A stretch of 64,000 nt of DNA. Origin: Leucoraja ocellata. Lineage: Eukaryota. The notes below the pieces were generated by a model. It was not told the origin of the DNA. It worked only from the letters and a program-made list of their open reading frames with translations, and made no database searches. Where the stretch lies: contig JAWMAR010000079.1 of NCBI GenBank assembly GCA_036785375.1, positions 930,001-994,000 of the forward strand, given 5' to 3'. This document shows, one piece after another, positions 1 through 13,800 of the stretch; the first letter of the stretch is position 1, and each line of letters opens with the position of its first letter. The position numbers and the translations under genes are program-made.

Positions 1-798
1 ATTAGATATTCTGAAAAGGAATATATAAAGGGCGAGGAAAAGACAGAAAATGAAATTGGAGAAGAGGGCATGGCACTATTTATAATAAATGCTTCATTTT
101 GTGACTGTTTCAATGAGCCTATGAATTACAGTTTTACTAATCAATAAGGACATACTCTAAACAAAAGATATATATGTGACTACATGTAAATATTTGTCAG
201 TAATTTATAAAGCAGCCTATAAACAATTCCAATAAATCTAAACATTACTGAAAACAGAGGACCTTCAATCTTGCAGTGGTGTAAATGGATCCTTTCCAAC
301 ATATATTGGGAATGAGCTAAACCTCAGTTCGCTTGCCTGTCATTTTTGCTAAATTCAGTTGATCATTGAACAGCATAATTAATATTAAAACAAAATGGAA
401 TAGGCTTTTTATAAAGAAAGCTCAATTAATTGAGACTTCCTTACATTTGTCAAATGCTGAGCACAAACACCATAATGCATTACACCACTCATGGTGACAA
501 AACTCTCCTTCCTTACTCCAAACATCATAAATTCTGAATAAGGTAATATTTTCTAAAAAAGCCTTTTAATAAGTTTCCCACTATAATTGCTGTGAAATGC
601 TGATTGATAATATTGCTCCAAGGTACCCTGGGGTATTTTACTGCATTAAAGTAAGTTATGAAATTGCTATACAATTTTAATCTTTGAAGAGGTTTGAGTT
701 TTAAAACCCATGAAACTGAAGCAATTTATTGGAAAGTGTAAATTTAATAGAATTCTTTGAGGAATCAAACACCATCAATAAAAAGCTTTCTTACTTAA

Positions 799-1013
799 GG
801 GCCTGTCCCACTTTCATGACCTAATTCACGACCTTTTTTACTCGTGGACCTTTTTCATCATGCTAGAAAAAACGCTCTGACCTGCTTGATGCCACGAGTA
901 CCTACGACTAGCATCACGACCTACATACGACCTCCCACGACCATGCTGCGAGTATGAGTCAAAGGCAAACTCGGCAGATGTCGTGAATTAGGTCGTGAAA
1001 GTGGGACAGGCCC
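799..1013. mobile_element. 215-bp MITE (non-autonomous DNA transposon) flanked by TTAA
   Basis: 34-bp TIRs GGGCCTGTCCCACTTTCAYGACCTAATTCACGAC (1 mismatch); TTAA at 795-798 and 1014-1017; internal ACGACC repeats. Confidence 0.9.
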
Positions 1014-1428
1014 TTAACTCAGTTATTGGAAAACAAATACGCTTGCTGATGAACCAGTGTGAGATTCGGTTAGCATCTGGCAGGCTGCGAAATATTGTGG
1101 TATATGCAGATTCAATTTGCAATTATACATGCAATTAACTCCAAAGAGCATCCATGATAAGATCATAGTAATGATTGATCTCAAACAGGTGAGGAACCCT
1201 GAGGGCAGTGACTCAAATGCGTTTTGATCCTCAGTGGTCATGCTATATGATACATGGTACAAAATGAGGTATGAGTAACTTTTTTAAGGACACAATCAGT
1301 ATAAAACATATATTTCACCATACATCATTTTTTATTCCCTGCATTTGAATGGAGTGATTGGGTATAAATGACAGCCTACTGTATGTAATCTATTCAGTAT
1401 AATCCATAGGCTACTCAAAGCGTCTCAC

Positions 1429-1584
1429 CTCCTGGCTGCATCAGAAGCTCCTGGATTTGTTTGTTGAGAAAAGTCAACGTAAGGTTCAGAAGTTGTTCAG
1501 AGAACTGCCTGCTCTGAGTTTCAGAGTCGTGCTCCTTGATAGCTGAACACAGCAAGTCCAAAGCTGGCTTAATTTCCTCAATGT
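1429..1584 (-). CDS. SPG11: Spatacsin exon 9 (156 nt); the gene continues beyond the window start
   Basis: NIEEIKPALDLLCSAIKEHDSETQSRQFSEQLLNLTLTFLNKQIQEL, close to human NVEELIPALDLLCSAIRESYSEPQSKHFSEQLLNLTLSFLNNQIKEL; gcag| acceptor and G|GTGAGA donor. Confidence 0.97.
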
Positions 1585-1659
1585 CTGCAATAAGCAAAGA
1601 CATAATGTCTGCATAAAAACAGAAATTACTGGATACAATCTGCACATCAGGATCAGGTA

Positions 1660-2490
1660 AGGGAGGTTTTGGATAGAAAGATTGTTGGATAAAAGCCAGT
1701 GATGAAAAGACTAAAGGGGATGGGGGAAGAAATGGTGAAGGAGGGGGCGGGTTTATTGTTACCTGAAATTGGAGAATTCAATGTTCATACCGTTGAGTTG
1801 TAAGTTACCTTAGCGGAATACGAGGTTGCTGTTCCCCCAGTTTGCATGTGGCCTCACTCTGGCAATGGAGGAGACCCAGGACAGAAAGGTCAGTGTAAGA
1901 ATGGGAAGGGGTGTTAAAGTGGTTTGAAACCGGGAGATCTAGTAGACCTTGGAAGACTGAACGCAAGCATTCAGCGAAAGGGTCACCAAGTCTCTGCTTG
2001 GCCTTGCCGATAGAGGCCAAATCAGGAACTCTGGATGCAGCAGATGTGTTTAGAGGATGTGTACGTCCTCTGCCTCACCTGGAAGGACTGCTGGGGTCCC
2101 TGAATGTATGCGAGGGAGGAGAGAGAGGGATAGATGTAACATCTCCTGCAGTTACTGGGGAAAGTACCTGAGGAGGGGGTGATTTGGGTGAAAAAAGGAT
2201 GAGTGAACCAAGGAGTTGTAGATGGAGTGATCTCTGCGGAAGGCAAAAAGGGGTGAAGTTAGGAAGATGTGACTGGTGGTGGGATCACGTTGAAGGTGGC
2301 AGAAATGTTGGAGAATGACGTGTTGGTGGCTGGTGGGATAAAAGGTGAGTACCAGGGGAACTATATCCTTGTTCCGTCTGGGGGAAGGGACAGCGAGGTC
2401 AGAACTACAGGACACAGAGGAGACGTGGGTGAGTGATCCATCTTCGACAGCAGGGTGGAAACCATGTTTTCTAAAGAAATCGAACATCGC
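1660..2490 (-). mobile_element. Penelope-like retroelement 3' fragment (decayed GIY-YIG endonuclease region)
   Basis: Translation IGKAKQRLGDPFAECLRSV...DLPVSNHFNTPSHSYTDLSVLGLLHCQSEATCKLGEQ and IVPLVLTFYPTS; frameshifted. Confidence 0.85.
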
Positions 2491-2682
2491 TTTGGGGGAC
2501 TCCATTCAAATGAATGTGGCTGCTCTAGATATGCCATATACAGCTAGCATAATGCCGAGGGGCCAGATATGAACTTGTTACAATCAAAAATCACTGCTGG
2601 GCTCACTGCAGTACCATGTGACCTCCAGTGTGCTTAGCCTTTCCTCACCGAGGTGTGGATAAGGAATGCCAGAACATGACCA

Positions 2683-2985
2683 TGGCACCACACTGGCGGA
2701 GCTGGTAGAGCTGATGCCTCACAGCACCAGATACCCAGGTTCAATCCTGACCACGGGTGCTGTCTGTGTGGAGTTTGCACGTTCTCTCTGTGACCATGTG
2801 GTTTTTCTCCAAGTGCTCCGGTTTCCTTCCACATCCCAAATAGGTTAATTGGCCTTTGTAATTTACCACTAGTGTGCAGGGAGTGGATGGAAAAGTGAGA
2901 TAACATAAAACTAATATGAACGGGTGATCAATGGTTGGAGTGTTCTTGATGGGCTGAAAGGCCTGTTTCCATGCTGTATCTTACA
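2683..2985 (+). mobile_element. tRNA-derived V-SINE (HE1-like)
   Basis: A/B-box head, gtggagtttgcacgttctc V-core, CR1-derived tail ggcctgtttccatgctgtatct. Confidence 0.85.
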
Positions 2986-3397
2986 ACCGAAAACAAACTG
3001 ATGTATAGAATGCTGACATATGTCAGTTCCACATCATTGTCACCATCTCATGAAGTTTCAGTCAAATTAAACGTTAGCAAATTTAATTAAGTACATCTAT
3101 CCTACAATTGGTAACACAGATAGAGAGTTGCCCTCTGGTGTATGTAATAATTCTGAAATTTGGTTCTGCAATTTAATGACGTCAATGGAACCAAATTTCA
3201 GTGTGCAACACGCCCAAATTACTCCTTCATCTGCTCAATGGAGGCAACGCAGAATTAATTTCTATCCTCAAGTAATTAATGAGATCAGTTAGTTGGTGTA
3301 AATGGAATCATTAAAAAAAAAGCAGTGACATATATTTGCTGTGAATATTCCATCAGCCACACATTGAAGAGATTGCATTTTACTCCAGGTGACTTAC

Positions 3398-3533
3398 TTT
3401 TTAATTGTGCCCATGAAGTGAGCGTGGCTTCAGAATTCTCCTGCTTTAAAAACGCCGCTGGAGCGGAAAAAAGATTTTCTTTGCTCTTCAGGAAAAAGTC
3501 CACCGTGTCCAGCTGCCTGTTTTCAATTCCAGC
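3398..3533 (-). CDS. SPG11: Spatacsin exon 8 (136 nt)
   Basis: AGIENRQLDTVDFFLKSKENLF, close to human AGIENRQLDTVNFFLKSKENLF; ctag| acceptor and A|GTAAGT donor. Confidence 0.97.
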
Positions 3534-3882
3534 CTAGGATATTCAAGTGAAACTAATTATTTATTTCCTTTTAGCAGGCAGTGAATCACCACTCATTAAT
3601 CACGCTGCGGCACCTACTCGATGAGCCCCTTGTGAAACAGGGTCACAGGGAGTTGTCATCTGATTGACGATACCATCTACAAACCCTTGCACCTCTCTCC
3701 CTGGCCATCAATTATGTAGCTCAATTTTATTGATATTGCTCACACTCCCCAAATTTCCACATTAGGTACTTCTAACTTCAGGTCTGTCTTTGTTACCACT
3801 GTGTTAAGAATAAAGCATGCCACTGTTTCATACCACGATTCTTTCTTGGCTATAACGTCCTTTTTTATTTTGAACAGATATA

Positions 3883-4172
3883 TTAAATACAGCATGGAAA
3901 ACATGCCCTTCAGCCCACACGGGCTATCGATCACCCTTTCCCAGAACTATGATTTCCCACTTTCTCATTCACTCCCTACAAACCCGGGGTAATCTAGAGG
4001 CCATGTAACCCACACGTCTTAGGTATGCGGGAAGAAACCAACCACCCAGAGTAAACCCATGTGATCACAGGGAGAAGATGCAAACTCCACAAAGACGGCG
4101 CCTGAGGCCGGGATCGAACCCGGGTCTCTGGAGCTGTGAGGCAGCAGGTCTACCAGCCAAGCCAATGTGCCA
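3883..4172 (-). mobile_element. HE1-like V-SINE
   Basis: Reverse complement of the same consensus. Confidence 0.8.
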
Positions 4173-5084
4173 TCTCCTTCAACAGTCCAACATTTATTTC
4201 TCTCTTTGTTTTATCTATCGATTAAAATGCCTTGTGTTTAGCACCGACCTCCTGCCATCAAATTTCCATAATTCCTATCAATATTGTTTGGTCCCATTCA
4301 GCACTTCTATAAGCATCTGAACAGATGACTATTCTCCTGGCATTATCCCCATTCCTGACCCCATCCAAGCTCTGCAATATTCTCCTCTGGACTTATACTT
4401 CCTAAGAAAATTCATGATTTCATATATTTTACATTTTAATTAAAATAATAAATGAACTGTGTATTATAAAGTAAATTAAAACCAGCTCCCCGCCAATGCT
4501 CGAGAGTGCAGCCAGCTTCCCTGGGTCTTCATTACTTATGGGGCTCTACTATAACTGCTGACATGGTTCATGATAACAGTATCAGGAAATACAGTCCTTT
4601 AATTAATCATAGCTCATATATTGTCTCAGTACCGAGCTGGGAAACAATAAAATGGCAGGGTAGACAGAAAAGTCATGAAGGGTTACAACTTCTAATCTTA
4701 TACAATCCTATCTCCAAAAGTAAACATTCTCCTGAGTGTTATCAGATCCCGCTGGGAAATGTCTGGGATTAACTATTCATTTTTCAAGCCTCCTTTAATC
4801 TTGTGGTGCACCTTAAAGACTGTAGTGAATCTGGCTCCTCTGGTGTAATTGTCCATGGCACTTATCCCAAAACCTTCTGATCCCATCCTAGTTCCAGCTT
4901 TGAACCAAAAAAAAGCCTTTTCATCAAGCTTGCCCTAACATTTACACCATGACTCAGGGTTCATTTATTTTTAAATGTTCTTTATTACTTCTTGGATGTC
5001 TAAGGAAATAGATAAAATACAAGTTGTTATTTAATAAAACTCTACTGGTCTCAAAGGAAGTACATGGGGTGGTGGAAAACCAGG

Positions 5085-5620
5085 ACAATTACACTAAAGT
5101 ACTGGTACAATAAATATCTTGCTTGCAGCAGCACCAGACACACAAGACACAAATCATATATAAATTACATGTAAAACTATAAAGCAGTGAAAAGAAAAGA
5201 CTGCAAAAAAACAAAACAACACATGAGTGCATAAACACCCAATTAGAAAACAAGACCATGATAGAGCAAGAGGTGATTTTTTTTGGCATTCCATTGGCAA
5301 GATTGGATTAGGGATCTGGAGGTCAGTGCAAGTACTCGATAGATGGAATGATAGCACTGAGAAGAGCTCATGATAGGAAGGTGGGGATCCTTGATGATAG
5401 ATGCTTCCTTTTTGAGGCAGTGTCTCATGTGGGTGCTTTCGATGGCAGGGAGGACAGTGCCTATCATGGACCACGGCGAATCCACCACTCTCTGCAGACT
5501 CTTGAAGTGTCCACACCAGACCATAATGAACCAGTTAGGTTATTTTCTACAGTACATCTGTAGAAGTTTGTTAACAAATTTGGTGACATGCCAAAACTCT
5601 TTAAACTTCGCAGAGAGCAG
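5085..5620 (-). mobile_element. Rex1/Babar-type LINE 3' fragment
   Basis: LQRVVDSPWSMIGTVLPAIESTHMRHCLKKEASIIKDPH resembles the Rex1 RT C-terminus. Confidence 0.7.
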
Positions 5621-5659
5621 AGGTAAAAAGCAGAAAATAGTGCAAAGCTATCACAATGT

Positions 5660-6870
5660 GAAAACCATATCATATAGCTGCTGGAGATACTCAGCAGATC
5701 AGGCAGCATTAGTGGAGAGTGAGAAACAGAGTTTCATTTCAGGTCAATGACACTCAGTTCAGGTCAGAACTGAGAAAGAGAGAAAAGTTGCAGAGAGGTG
5801 AGGAAGGAATGGATAGGATAAAGGGAATATCTTTGCTAGGGTGAGGCCAGGATCCTCTTGTTGATTGAATTCAAGCTGTAGATGAATTCTACAATATATT
5901 GTATAGATCAAAGTCAGAATATTGGCTGATCCCGTCGTCTATTACATTGCAAGAATTAAGCCATTACAAGCAACAGCAATGGCTGAGAGGTGAGAATGCT
6001 AGAAGCACTCAGCAGACCAAGCTACATCATTGGAGAGACAGTGTCATTTTCTGGCTCAAGGACCCTTCATCAAAATTAGAAAAGTTAGAAAACAAGTGTG
6101 CTTTAAATTGCGGAGACGAGGATGAAACCAACAGAGGGTATAGACCAAAGTTGTCACAATAAATTGTAGTTGAATAAAGGGAAAAAAAGAGAAACAAATT
6201 AAATCAAAATGGTACAGCATTATCTGAGAAGAGAGAGGGGATTGTTAAATGCAATCTTGAGTCCTGGGGCACCAATATGTCCAGACGCAAGATAAGATGC
6301 TGTTCCTTGAGTTTACATTGTCCATTGTTAGAGCAATGTAGGAGGCCGCAGATAGAGATTAGAGTGGGAGTGGGGCAGAGTATCAAAATGATAAGTGACT
6401 GAAAGCTAAAGGTCACCCTTGCAGATTGAATGCAGCTGCTCTGCAAATCTGTTTGAAGACGACATTGTTACAACCAAATGCAATGCATTAACATTAGCAG
6501 TATATGCTTCACTTGAAAGGTCCCTAAATAATGGGAAGGGAAATGCTAGAGGAGCAGACAGTGAATCACTGGCAGCTGCATGGGGAGGTGCTGCGGTTGG
6601 TGAAGTTGCAAGGGGAACGGTGGCTTTGCATGAATTCTATCGATGGTGTCACAGGTTATGAAGGATGATCCATTGAATGTGGAGGCTCGTAGGGTGGAAG
6701 GTGAGGATGAGGATAGTCCTATCTCGGTGGTGGCTGAGAGGAGTGGGGTGAGAGCAGTAATGCTGGAAATCAAGGAGCCAAAATTGAGGATTCTGTAGGG
6801 GGAGGCCACAGGTAAGGAAAGACAACGGCACTTTAAAAAGTACTAGTGTGGAAAATCCCATATTTGGAGC
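5660..6870 (-). mobile_element. Old Penelope-like element remnant with terminal-repeat pieces
   Basis: GLLHCSNNGQCKLKEQHLILRL and TILILTFHPTSLHIQ motifs homologous to the copy at 1660-2490. Confidence 0.7.
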
Positions 6871-6879
6871 AGAATAGGA

Positions 6880-8550
6880 GCAGCTTTATAAAATATTGGT
6901 TAGGCCACAGTTAGGGTATTGAAAGGTGATTACTCTATAGGGGGTGCAAAAGAGATGCACCAGGATGTTACATGGGTCAAATCTTTCAGTAATGAGGAAA
7001 GACTAGATAAGCTGGGTTTGTTCTCCTTGGAGCAGAGAAGGCTGACGGGGCACCTGATATAGGTGTACAATATTGGAAAGGGCAGGGATAGGATAGATAA
7101 TACTAAATTTCTTTTACTAGCACAAATGCACAAAAAACACAGGATATGGATTTAAGGCAGGGAGGAGAAGGTTTAGATGATATCTGTGGATTTATTTCAT
7201 CCAGATGGTGAACAGAAGCTTGAACGCACTAGCTGAGAGGATGGTGAAGACCAAGACACTCATTACATTTAAACATCAGAGGAGAACTTGGATCATCAAG
7301 GCACAGAAAGTCAGAGGCCAAGTACTGATAACAAAACACTGTAAAAAGAATAATAGAATTGAGCAGTATTAGCATAGATATATGAAAGGAAAGTTAATTT
7401 GACAAATCTACTGAACTTCTTTGAAGGATCTGACTGGTTCAATAGGGAAGGAGGAAGCAGAGGTTTTAGATTTTCAGGTAGCTTTTGGAAAAGTCTAACA
7501 GGACATTGATCAACAAGGGTAGGGTATATAGAGTAACACACTGACATAGACTGAGAAACAGTCATTAAACAAAAAGTAAATAATGGGAATAAATTTGTTC
7601 TTTTCAGGCTATGACAACTGGCACCTCCGGGATAGATGCTGGCACCCCAGCTGTTGATAATGTACATCACTGATTTGCCTTTGAGCACTTCGAGTCATAT
7701 TTCCATATTTGTTGATGATACAGAACTAGGTAGGATTGTGAGGAGAGAGGAAAATGTAAAAAGACTTTGAGGGGAAGTAGACAAACTAAGTGACCAGACA
7801 ACAACGTAACAGATCTAAAATAACTGAAATAATAAATGAGGTTATCCACTCGGGTGCCCAAAGATAATATTTTTAGTGGTGAAAGAATGAGCATTGATGG
7901 TGTTCAAAGGGATTTAGAATTGTACAAAAGGCAGTGAAAGCCAACATGCAGGAGCAGGCAAGTAGTCGGGAAGGTATATGGTATGTTGGCTCTATTGCAA
8001 GAGGGTTTGTGTACTTCAGTGAAGATGCCTTACTGCAATTAAATAGAGCTTTGGGAGACCACACATGGAGACATTTATACAGATTTATACCTTCAGGTCC
8101 TTATATATGGGATATACCTTCATAGAGAGGGTGCTGGGATAGTGGATTGGCTCTGTGAGGAGAGATTACATTCCATGGAATTAAGAAGAATGAGACAGCT
8201 CATTGTAATTTATTAAACTTTTACAGGGTTCATCAGGGCTGATGCAGGGATGATATTTCCCCTGACTGAAGAATCTAAAATCAGGGATCAGTCTCAGAAT
8301 TACAAGGAAGCCAGTTATAACACAGATTAGGAAAAATTCCTTCATACAAAGCCTAGTGAATCTTTGGAATACAGTAATCTGGAAGGTCAGATATTGAATT
8401 TATTCAGAGAAATCAGGTTTTCTGGATATTAAGGAAATCAAAGGTAATGAGGCAGGAAAATTATGCTGAGAAAAAACATTAGCCATGATATTGATGATAG
8501 CAGGGAAGACTTGGTGCCAAATGGCCTGCTTCTATATCCTATGTATTATG
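6880..8550 (+). mobile_element. Two adjacent decayed CR1 fragments
   Basis: ttggttaggccacag, ctgggtttgttctccttggagcagagaaggctg, tttgttgatgatac, ending at atggcctgcttctatatcctatg. Confidence 0.7.
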
Positions 8551-10339
8551 TTCATAAACTAAGCTTGCAAACAGTCAAATAAAACTCATCTGTATTTTCA
8601 AAATGTCTCTTTCAAATGTAGGACCTGAACAATTATCTTTTGTACTTTCTCTATCTCCCATGATAGTGATTGGCTGCTGTGTTCTATATTAATGTTACTC
8701 ATAAAAGTCTTTGCTGATCACTGTTGGTCAATATTTTGTGACTATGCTGGAATTTTAGCAAGATGGACAAGCTGCTCATGTAGAAACAAGGAACTGCAAG
8801 TGCTAGTTTACAAAAACAGGCTGTTGAAAGTGGGAAAGTGCTGGAGTAACTCAGCAGATCATGCAGCATACAAAAAAAAGAAACAAAGTACTGGGGCCTC
8901 TTTCCTTCTTCATGTAGAAATTATACTAATCACAATCCTCAATCTCACCTCTTTTTCTTGCTACGCACTCTATTGGAGCGAGAATTATAGCTGTTGAACA
9001 TCTACTAATCTTTAAGCAATGGGGATTATTAAGAGTTAGACATAGGAGGTAGGCTTCACAAATTCCACCACACATTCATTACTCTATTGGCTGTGCAGCA
9101 AGAACAAATGTCCCCAGACCAGACTTTTCAAATTGCAAGATTAATTTACCTATTAAGACACTCACAAATTTCAGGTACTTACGTTATTTGCACTGGGAAT
9201 ACAAAATAAAATTAAACAGTGTCAAGAGACATTAATATTTTATGTAAAAATGCTCTTCTTCAATATATTTTCCACCACCCCTCCAACCCCAACACTGCAC
9301 TGTTCCGGTTTAGTAGCTGCATGGCCCACTATGATGACATTCCTGCAGCACTAAATCAAGCCAATATCAGAGAAGCTCACAATCTACAGTAAGCCAGGAC
9401 AAGGAGATTATTGTTAACATTTAAAATGTTTGTCCAAATATGTTCTGCTGAAATCTTTTCTTTTCCAGATGGTGCAGAAATCTAATAGTATAAGAAAGAA
9501 ACTCGAAACCATGGCTGCTAAGACATAGTGGGTATGCAGATATCATATTCCTTCCTGAAACTGGAGATTAAAGGTCATAATAAACGGCTCAGCACAGTGA
9601 CTACAGCCCCCCCACTGTTGTAAAGTAGATGGAGTTCCTCCGAACATGGGAGAACTTTACCAAACCAAACACATTAATGTCACCATGCAGGTTAGATAAA
9701 TATTTCCAAGGGGATTTATGACTTTGTTTTTTTTGGCTCAGTTACAACGTGTTCTACTGTTTCCAGACAATTTGATGTCGGGGAAAAATATTTTAGAAAG
9801 ACAATTAATAACCACAGCGCTACACTTGTCAATTCCCAACTTGAAAAGTTGTGATCAACACAGAGAACTTTGAGAGGAAGGTATGCAATTAGTTTTGTGT
9901 AAAACCGTGTAATGGAAATAAATCAGCACATCACTCAGCAAGTTTCATGAAAATCCAGAAATGTAATAAAAAAAATATTAAGCAGCGTTGGCAGATGTGG
10001 CAGTTAACAAAGCGCTCAGTTTTCATACCTAATTCTTTCAACATAACATGCTTCAAGCAACGGCAACGGGAGCGATAATTATTTATTTCACTTTCAGAAT
10101 GCGGGCATTACTAGCAAAGTAATAGCTGGTGAAGAGAGGGATTGTTGGCCCTTTCAGAGTCCACCACACTGTTGTGGGTCTGAAGTCACATACAAGCCAG
10201 ACTGAAGGGCACTGATGAACCAGATGGGGGTTTTATGACAGTCTGAGAGTTTGCACTTCTAATGACCACCTTTATAATAAAATCCAGCTTATTTATTAAA
10301 CTCAAATTCCAGAGCCATAATGAAGTGATTACAATTCTC

Positions 10340-10381
10340 GTCTCTCGATTGTCAATCCAAGTCTCTCGATTGTCAATCCAA
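10340..10381. repeat. Exact 21-nt tandem duplication
   Basis: gtctctcgattgtcaatccaa x2. Confidence 0.95.
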
Positions 10382-10886
10382 TGATCCTACCATATATATC
10401 ATAGAGAAAACCAATTGTGATTTTGTTATAAGTAAGGAAATCATCAGACAAATTTCAAGTAAATTAGGAAGAGCAGTTGAGTTGTTCTTTACTCATTTAC
10501 ATTGTCGGGGCAAAATTATACACAAAAGGAATTTTAAATCAGGGAAACTTATCAGGGAATCAGGAGCATCCATGGCAAGTGAAGTGGTTCAACATTTCCT
10601 TCAACTTCTGCACATTAATGATTACAATATTGTGCATAAAACTGAACTCATCCAAAACCTTCCTTCCTTTATCCTATTCTGTTACTCATCTTACAGATTC
10701 ATATTTGCTCCTGGATTGGCAGTATTGCAATCTGGTAATTTCTTCAGAGCACCATTTTGTTACTTTAATAGGTACTATAGTATATACATGCAAGCTATTA
10801 TTAGATCGACATGCATGTTTACCCAACATTTCCATTAAAATATTACTGACATGCTTTTAAATTGGAAGCCTTCAGTCTCCCCTTAC

Positions 10887-11032
10887 CTCTAATGCATGAA
10901 TGGGAATTGAACACCGATTCCAATTATTGAGATGGCACAATGAGTCAACGATGCCTGCTTTCCCATAAATCATTAAACGATTCAAGAGGTCTTCTTGTGA
11001 GAAACCAAACACCACCATGGAAAGGCCAGCAT
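10887..11032 (-). CDS. SPG11: Spatacsin exon 7 (146 nt)
   Basis: GLSMVVFGFSQEDLLNRLMIYGKAGIVDSLCHLNNWNRCSIPIHALE, close to human GLSLILFGLTQEEFLNRLMIHGSASTVDTLCHLNGWGRCSIPIHALE; tag| acceptor and |GTAAGG donor. Confidence 0.97.
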
Positions 11033-11739
11033 CTAAACAAATTAGATTTGAAATACATAAGTGAATGTTTGTATTAAAATTAATGAAGGCTTCGAAGCTT
11101 ATTTTAGTCATTTTATGGCATTTCACTTCCCAAATGGAAAACTTAGTAAACTTCCCAAATGACTAATTTGACGCTGGGCAGTCTGCATCACAACTTTCAG
11201 GAAGGTGCTGATGGATTTGCAGTTAGTCTGGCAATACGGGAACTCAGTTGGGAAGGCAACAGTTCGGGGTAGTTGACCTCAAGATCTAGGAAATTGGTGC
11301 ATAACAGCTATCCTGCTGAATGGACACATTGGTGCACTTTAGGCAAATAACTGTCAAGATGCAGATATTAAAAATGACGACAGTTCCTGTGAATTAATCG
11401 CCCAGCACACCAAAAGGAGGGGGTAGGGAGGACAGAGTACAAGTGAGAGGCAGAACAGTTAATGAAGATATATGTTGAATGCAATCATTATTCTGTCAAT
11501 TCCATTTAGGATCCATTCCTTTTGAAATTATGCAGCTCTCACTCATTGGAGTACTTGAGTGTTACCATAGCAGCTTTTAAACAATTGGGGCTTTTGGGAT
11601 TACAGGTCCTCCCTAGGTTACGGCAGAGTTCCATTCCTGAAGACTGACATAACTAAAAAGTTAGACCACAGCATTCAACTCGGATTTAAGCCAGATATTG
11701 CTGCAAACTGGGTTCACGCACAGCTGCATCCCAGCAATA

Positions 11740-12020
11740 GGGCGGCACAGTGGCGCAGTGGTAGATTTGCTGCCTTACATCGCCAGAGGCCCGAGTTCGA
11801 TCCTGACTAAGGGTGCTGTCCGCATGGCAGTGTGGGCTTTCTCTGGGTGCTCCAGTTTTCTCCCACACTCCAAAGACGTACAGGTTTGTAAGTTAATTGG
11901 CTTCTGTCTTAATTGTAAATTCTAGTCTGCAAGACAGTGCTAATGTACGGGATGATCACTGATCGGCATGGACTTAGTGGGCTGAAGGGCCTGTTTCCAT
12001 GTGGTATTTGGAAAGTCAAG
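11740..12020 (+). mobile_element. HE1-like V-SINE
   Basis: gggcggcacagtggcgcagtggtaga...gagttcgatcc...gaagggcctgtttcc. Confidence 0.9.
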
Positions 12021-12231
12021 TAAAGCCGCCAAATCCATCCCACCGGGTTGCAAAACACTTGGTTGTATGAATGGGTTGTACACAAGCCAGGTGTTCATAA
12101 TCATAACTGTAAGAGCAAAGTGCTTGTGATTTTCTGTTTTGTAGACAAATGGTTTATGATCACTCTACCCCTTTAGAACCCAGTTTCAGAACATTAGAAG
12201 GGCTGGGAGTGGGATGAATGGGATAGGAGAA

Positions 12232-12877
12232 GAATTAGGCCATTTGGCCCATCAAATCTACTCCACCATTCCATCATGGCTAATCTATCTTTCTCTCTCA
12301 ACCCCATTCTCCTGCCTTCTCTCCATAACCCCTAATACCCTTACTAATCAAGGATTTGTCAATCTCCACCTTAAAAATATCCATTGACTTGGCCTCCACA
12401 GCCGTCTGTGGCAATGAATTCCACAGATTCACCACCCGCTGACTAAAGAAATTCCTCCTCATCTCCTTTCTAAAGATACATCCTTTTATTCAGAGGCTAT
12501 GGCCTCTGGTCCTAATTCATTCAAGGTGCCTGTCCAAGCACGACATGCTAAGTGATTTCCTTTCAGTGCTATGCCATGATGAGATGGGTTAAATGGGCAT
12601 GCATTTATCCCAAATAATCTCTGCACAACTTTGTTCTCGGCTCAAATCAGAGAGAACACATTACATGTGTTATCATTTATTATTATTATATATCATTATG
12701 TGTTATCATTATCATTTATCATTTAAAAATAAATTGGATAGTTATATGGATGGGAAGGGAATGGAGGGTTATGGTCTGAGCGCAGGTATATGGGACTAGG
12801 GGAGATTATGTGTTCGGCACGGACTAGAAGGGTCGAGATGGCCTGTTTCCGTGCTGTAATTGTTATATGGTTATATG
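12232..12877. mobile_element. Two CR1 3' ends (12232-12512 on -, about 12718-12877 on +)
   Basis: CR1 3' UTR motifs ggccatttggcccatc and gatggcctgtttccgtgctgtaattgttatatgg. Confidence 0.75.
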
Positions 12878-13378
12878 TCCTGGTCCATGCAATACACAAT
12901 TCACAGCTAGCCTGTTCTCATTGTTAATTATTCTGTTTCCTGCACATAGATCCAGCAAGTAGGACTGCGGTGTATACTGAAACACTGATATACTACTCGT
13001 GTCAGTATGACCCTTAATGGGAATGAGGATTTGAAAGATTAAACGTCCTTCAGCTAATGATGTTAAATTGAAATTCCAGCTGTCTGCTGCACGTTCCATC
13101 TGCCTTGGTGGAGAATTAATATTACTATCTACTTTGCAACCACTTCACAGCCAACCAACCTCATACCAAGACACACTGCTGGGGGAAAAGCAGCATCAAT
13201 CTCATTCTTCTCATAGTGGTCAATAGAACACTGCTGGCATGGAACAGGAGCTGCATTCGGCCAGCAAGGAAGACATCTCAAAATAGTGAATTAACACGAA
13301 TTGCTTGGAAAAGTATATGATAGAAGTGATTTTTTTTTAAACTGCATAAATATATATTTAAAAATATCAAACGCTTAC

Positions 13379-13800
13379 CTGTGAGAAACAGACATAATTC
13401 ATCCTTGCCGTCTCCTTCCACTGGCAAGGAATGGCCATCAATGTGATGGTACGTCACTTCTTCGGTTTGTAAGTCCCAGAATGCGATGGTCAACGCTCCA
13501 GAGTCGGGAGCAACAAGGGTGAGTAAAACACTGAATTCCGAAACAGATACGGTCTCTATAATCATGGATTCCTTGAGTCCCCGCAGGTGCAAGACTCTGT
13601 GCCATTTACTTTCTTGACTGTTTAGGTCCTCCATCTGTCCAAAAGTGTTAGGTTTATGAGAACGGATGTGACAGGGTGCAATATTTGAATTGGAACTGGA
13701 CACATCATGATACCAGGGAGTGGATGATCTTGTCAGGAATTCTTCTGCCAATGAGACTTTAGTCTTATTGTAGAAAGCTCGCAATCGGGCTGCCCAGGAT
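13379..13800 (-). CDS. SPG11: Spatacsin exon 6 (422 nt)
   Basis: taag| acceptor, G|GTAAGC donor; SWAARL...PWYHD...TIAFWDLQTEEV...PVEGDGKDELCLFLT resembles human SWKAQL...PWFQD...TITLWDLETQ...QLCFVLT. Confidence 0.93.

Noticed and set aside
11740-11815. tRNA genes suggested by A/B boxes
   Set aside because: They are SINE heads followed by V-core and CR1 tails, with no complete cloverleaf
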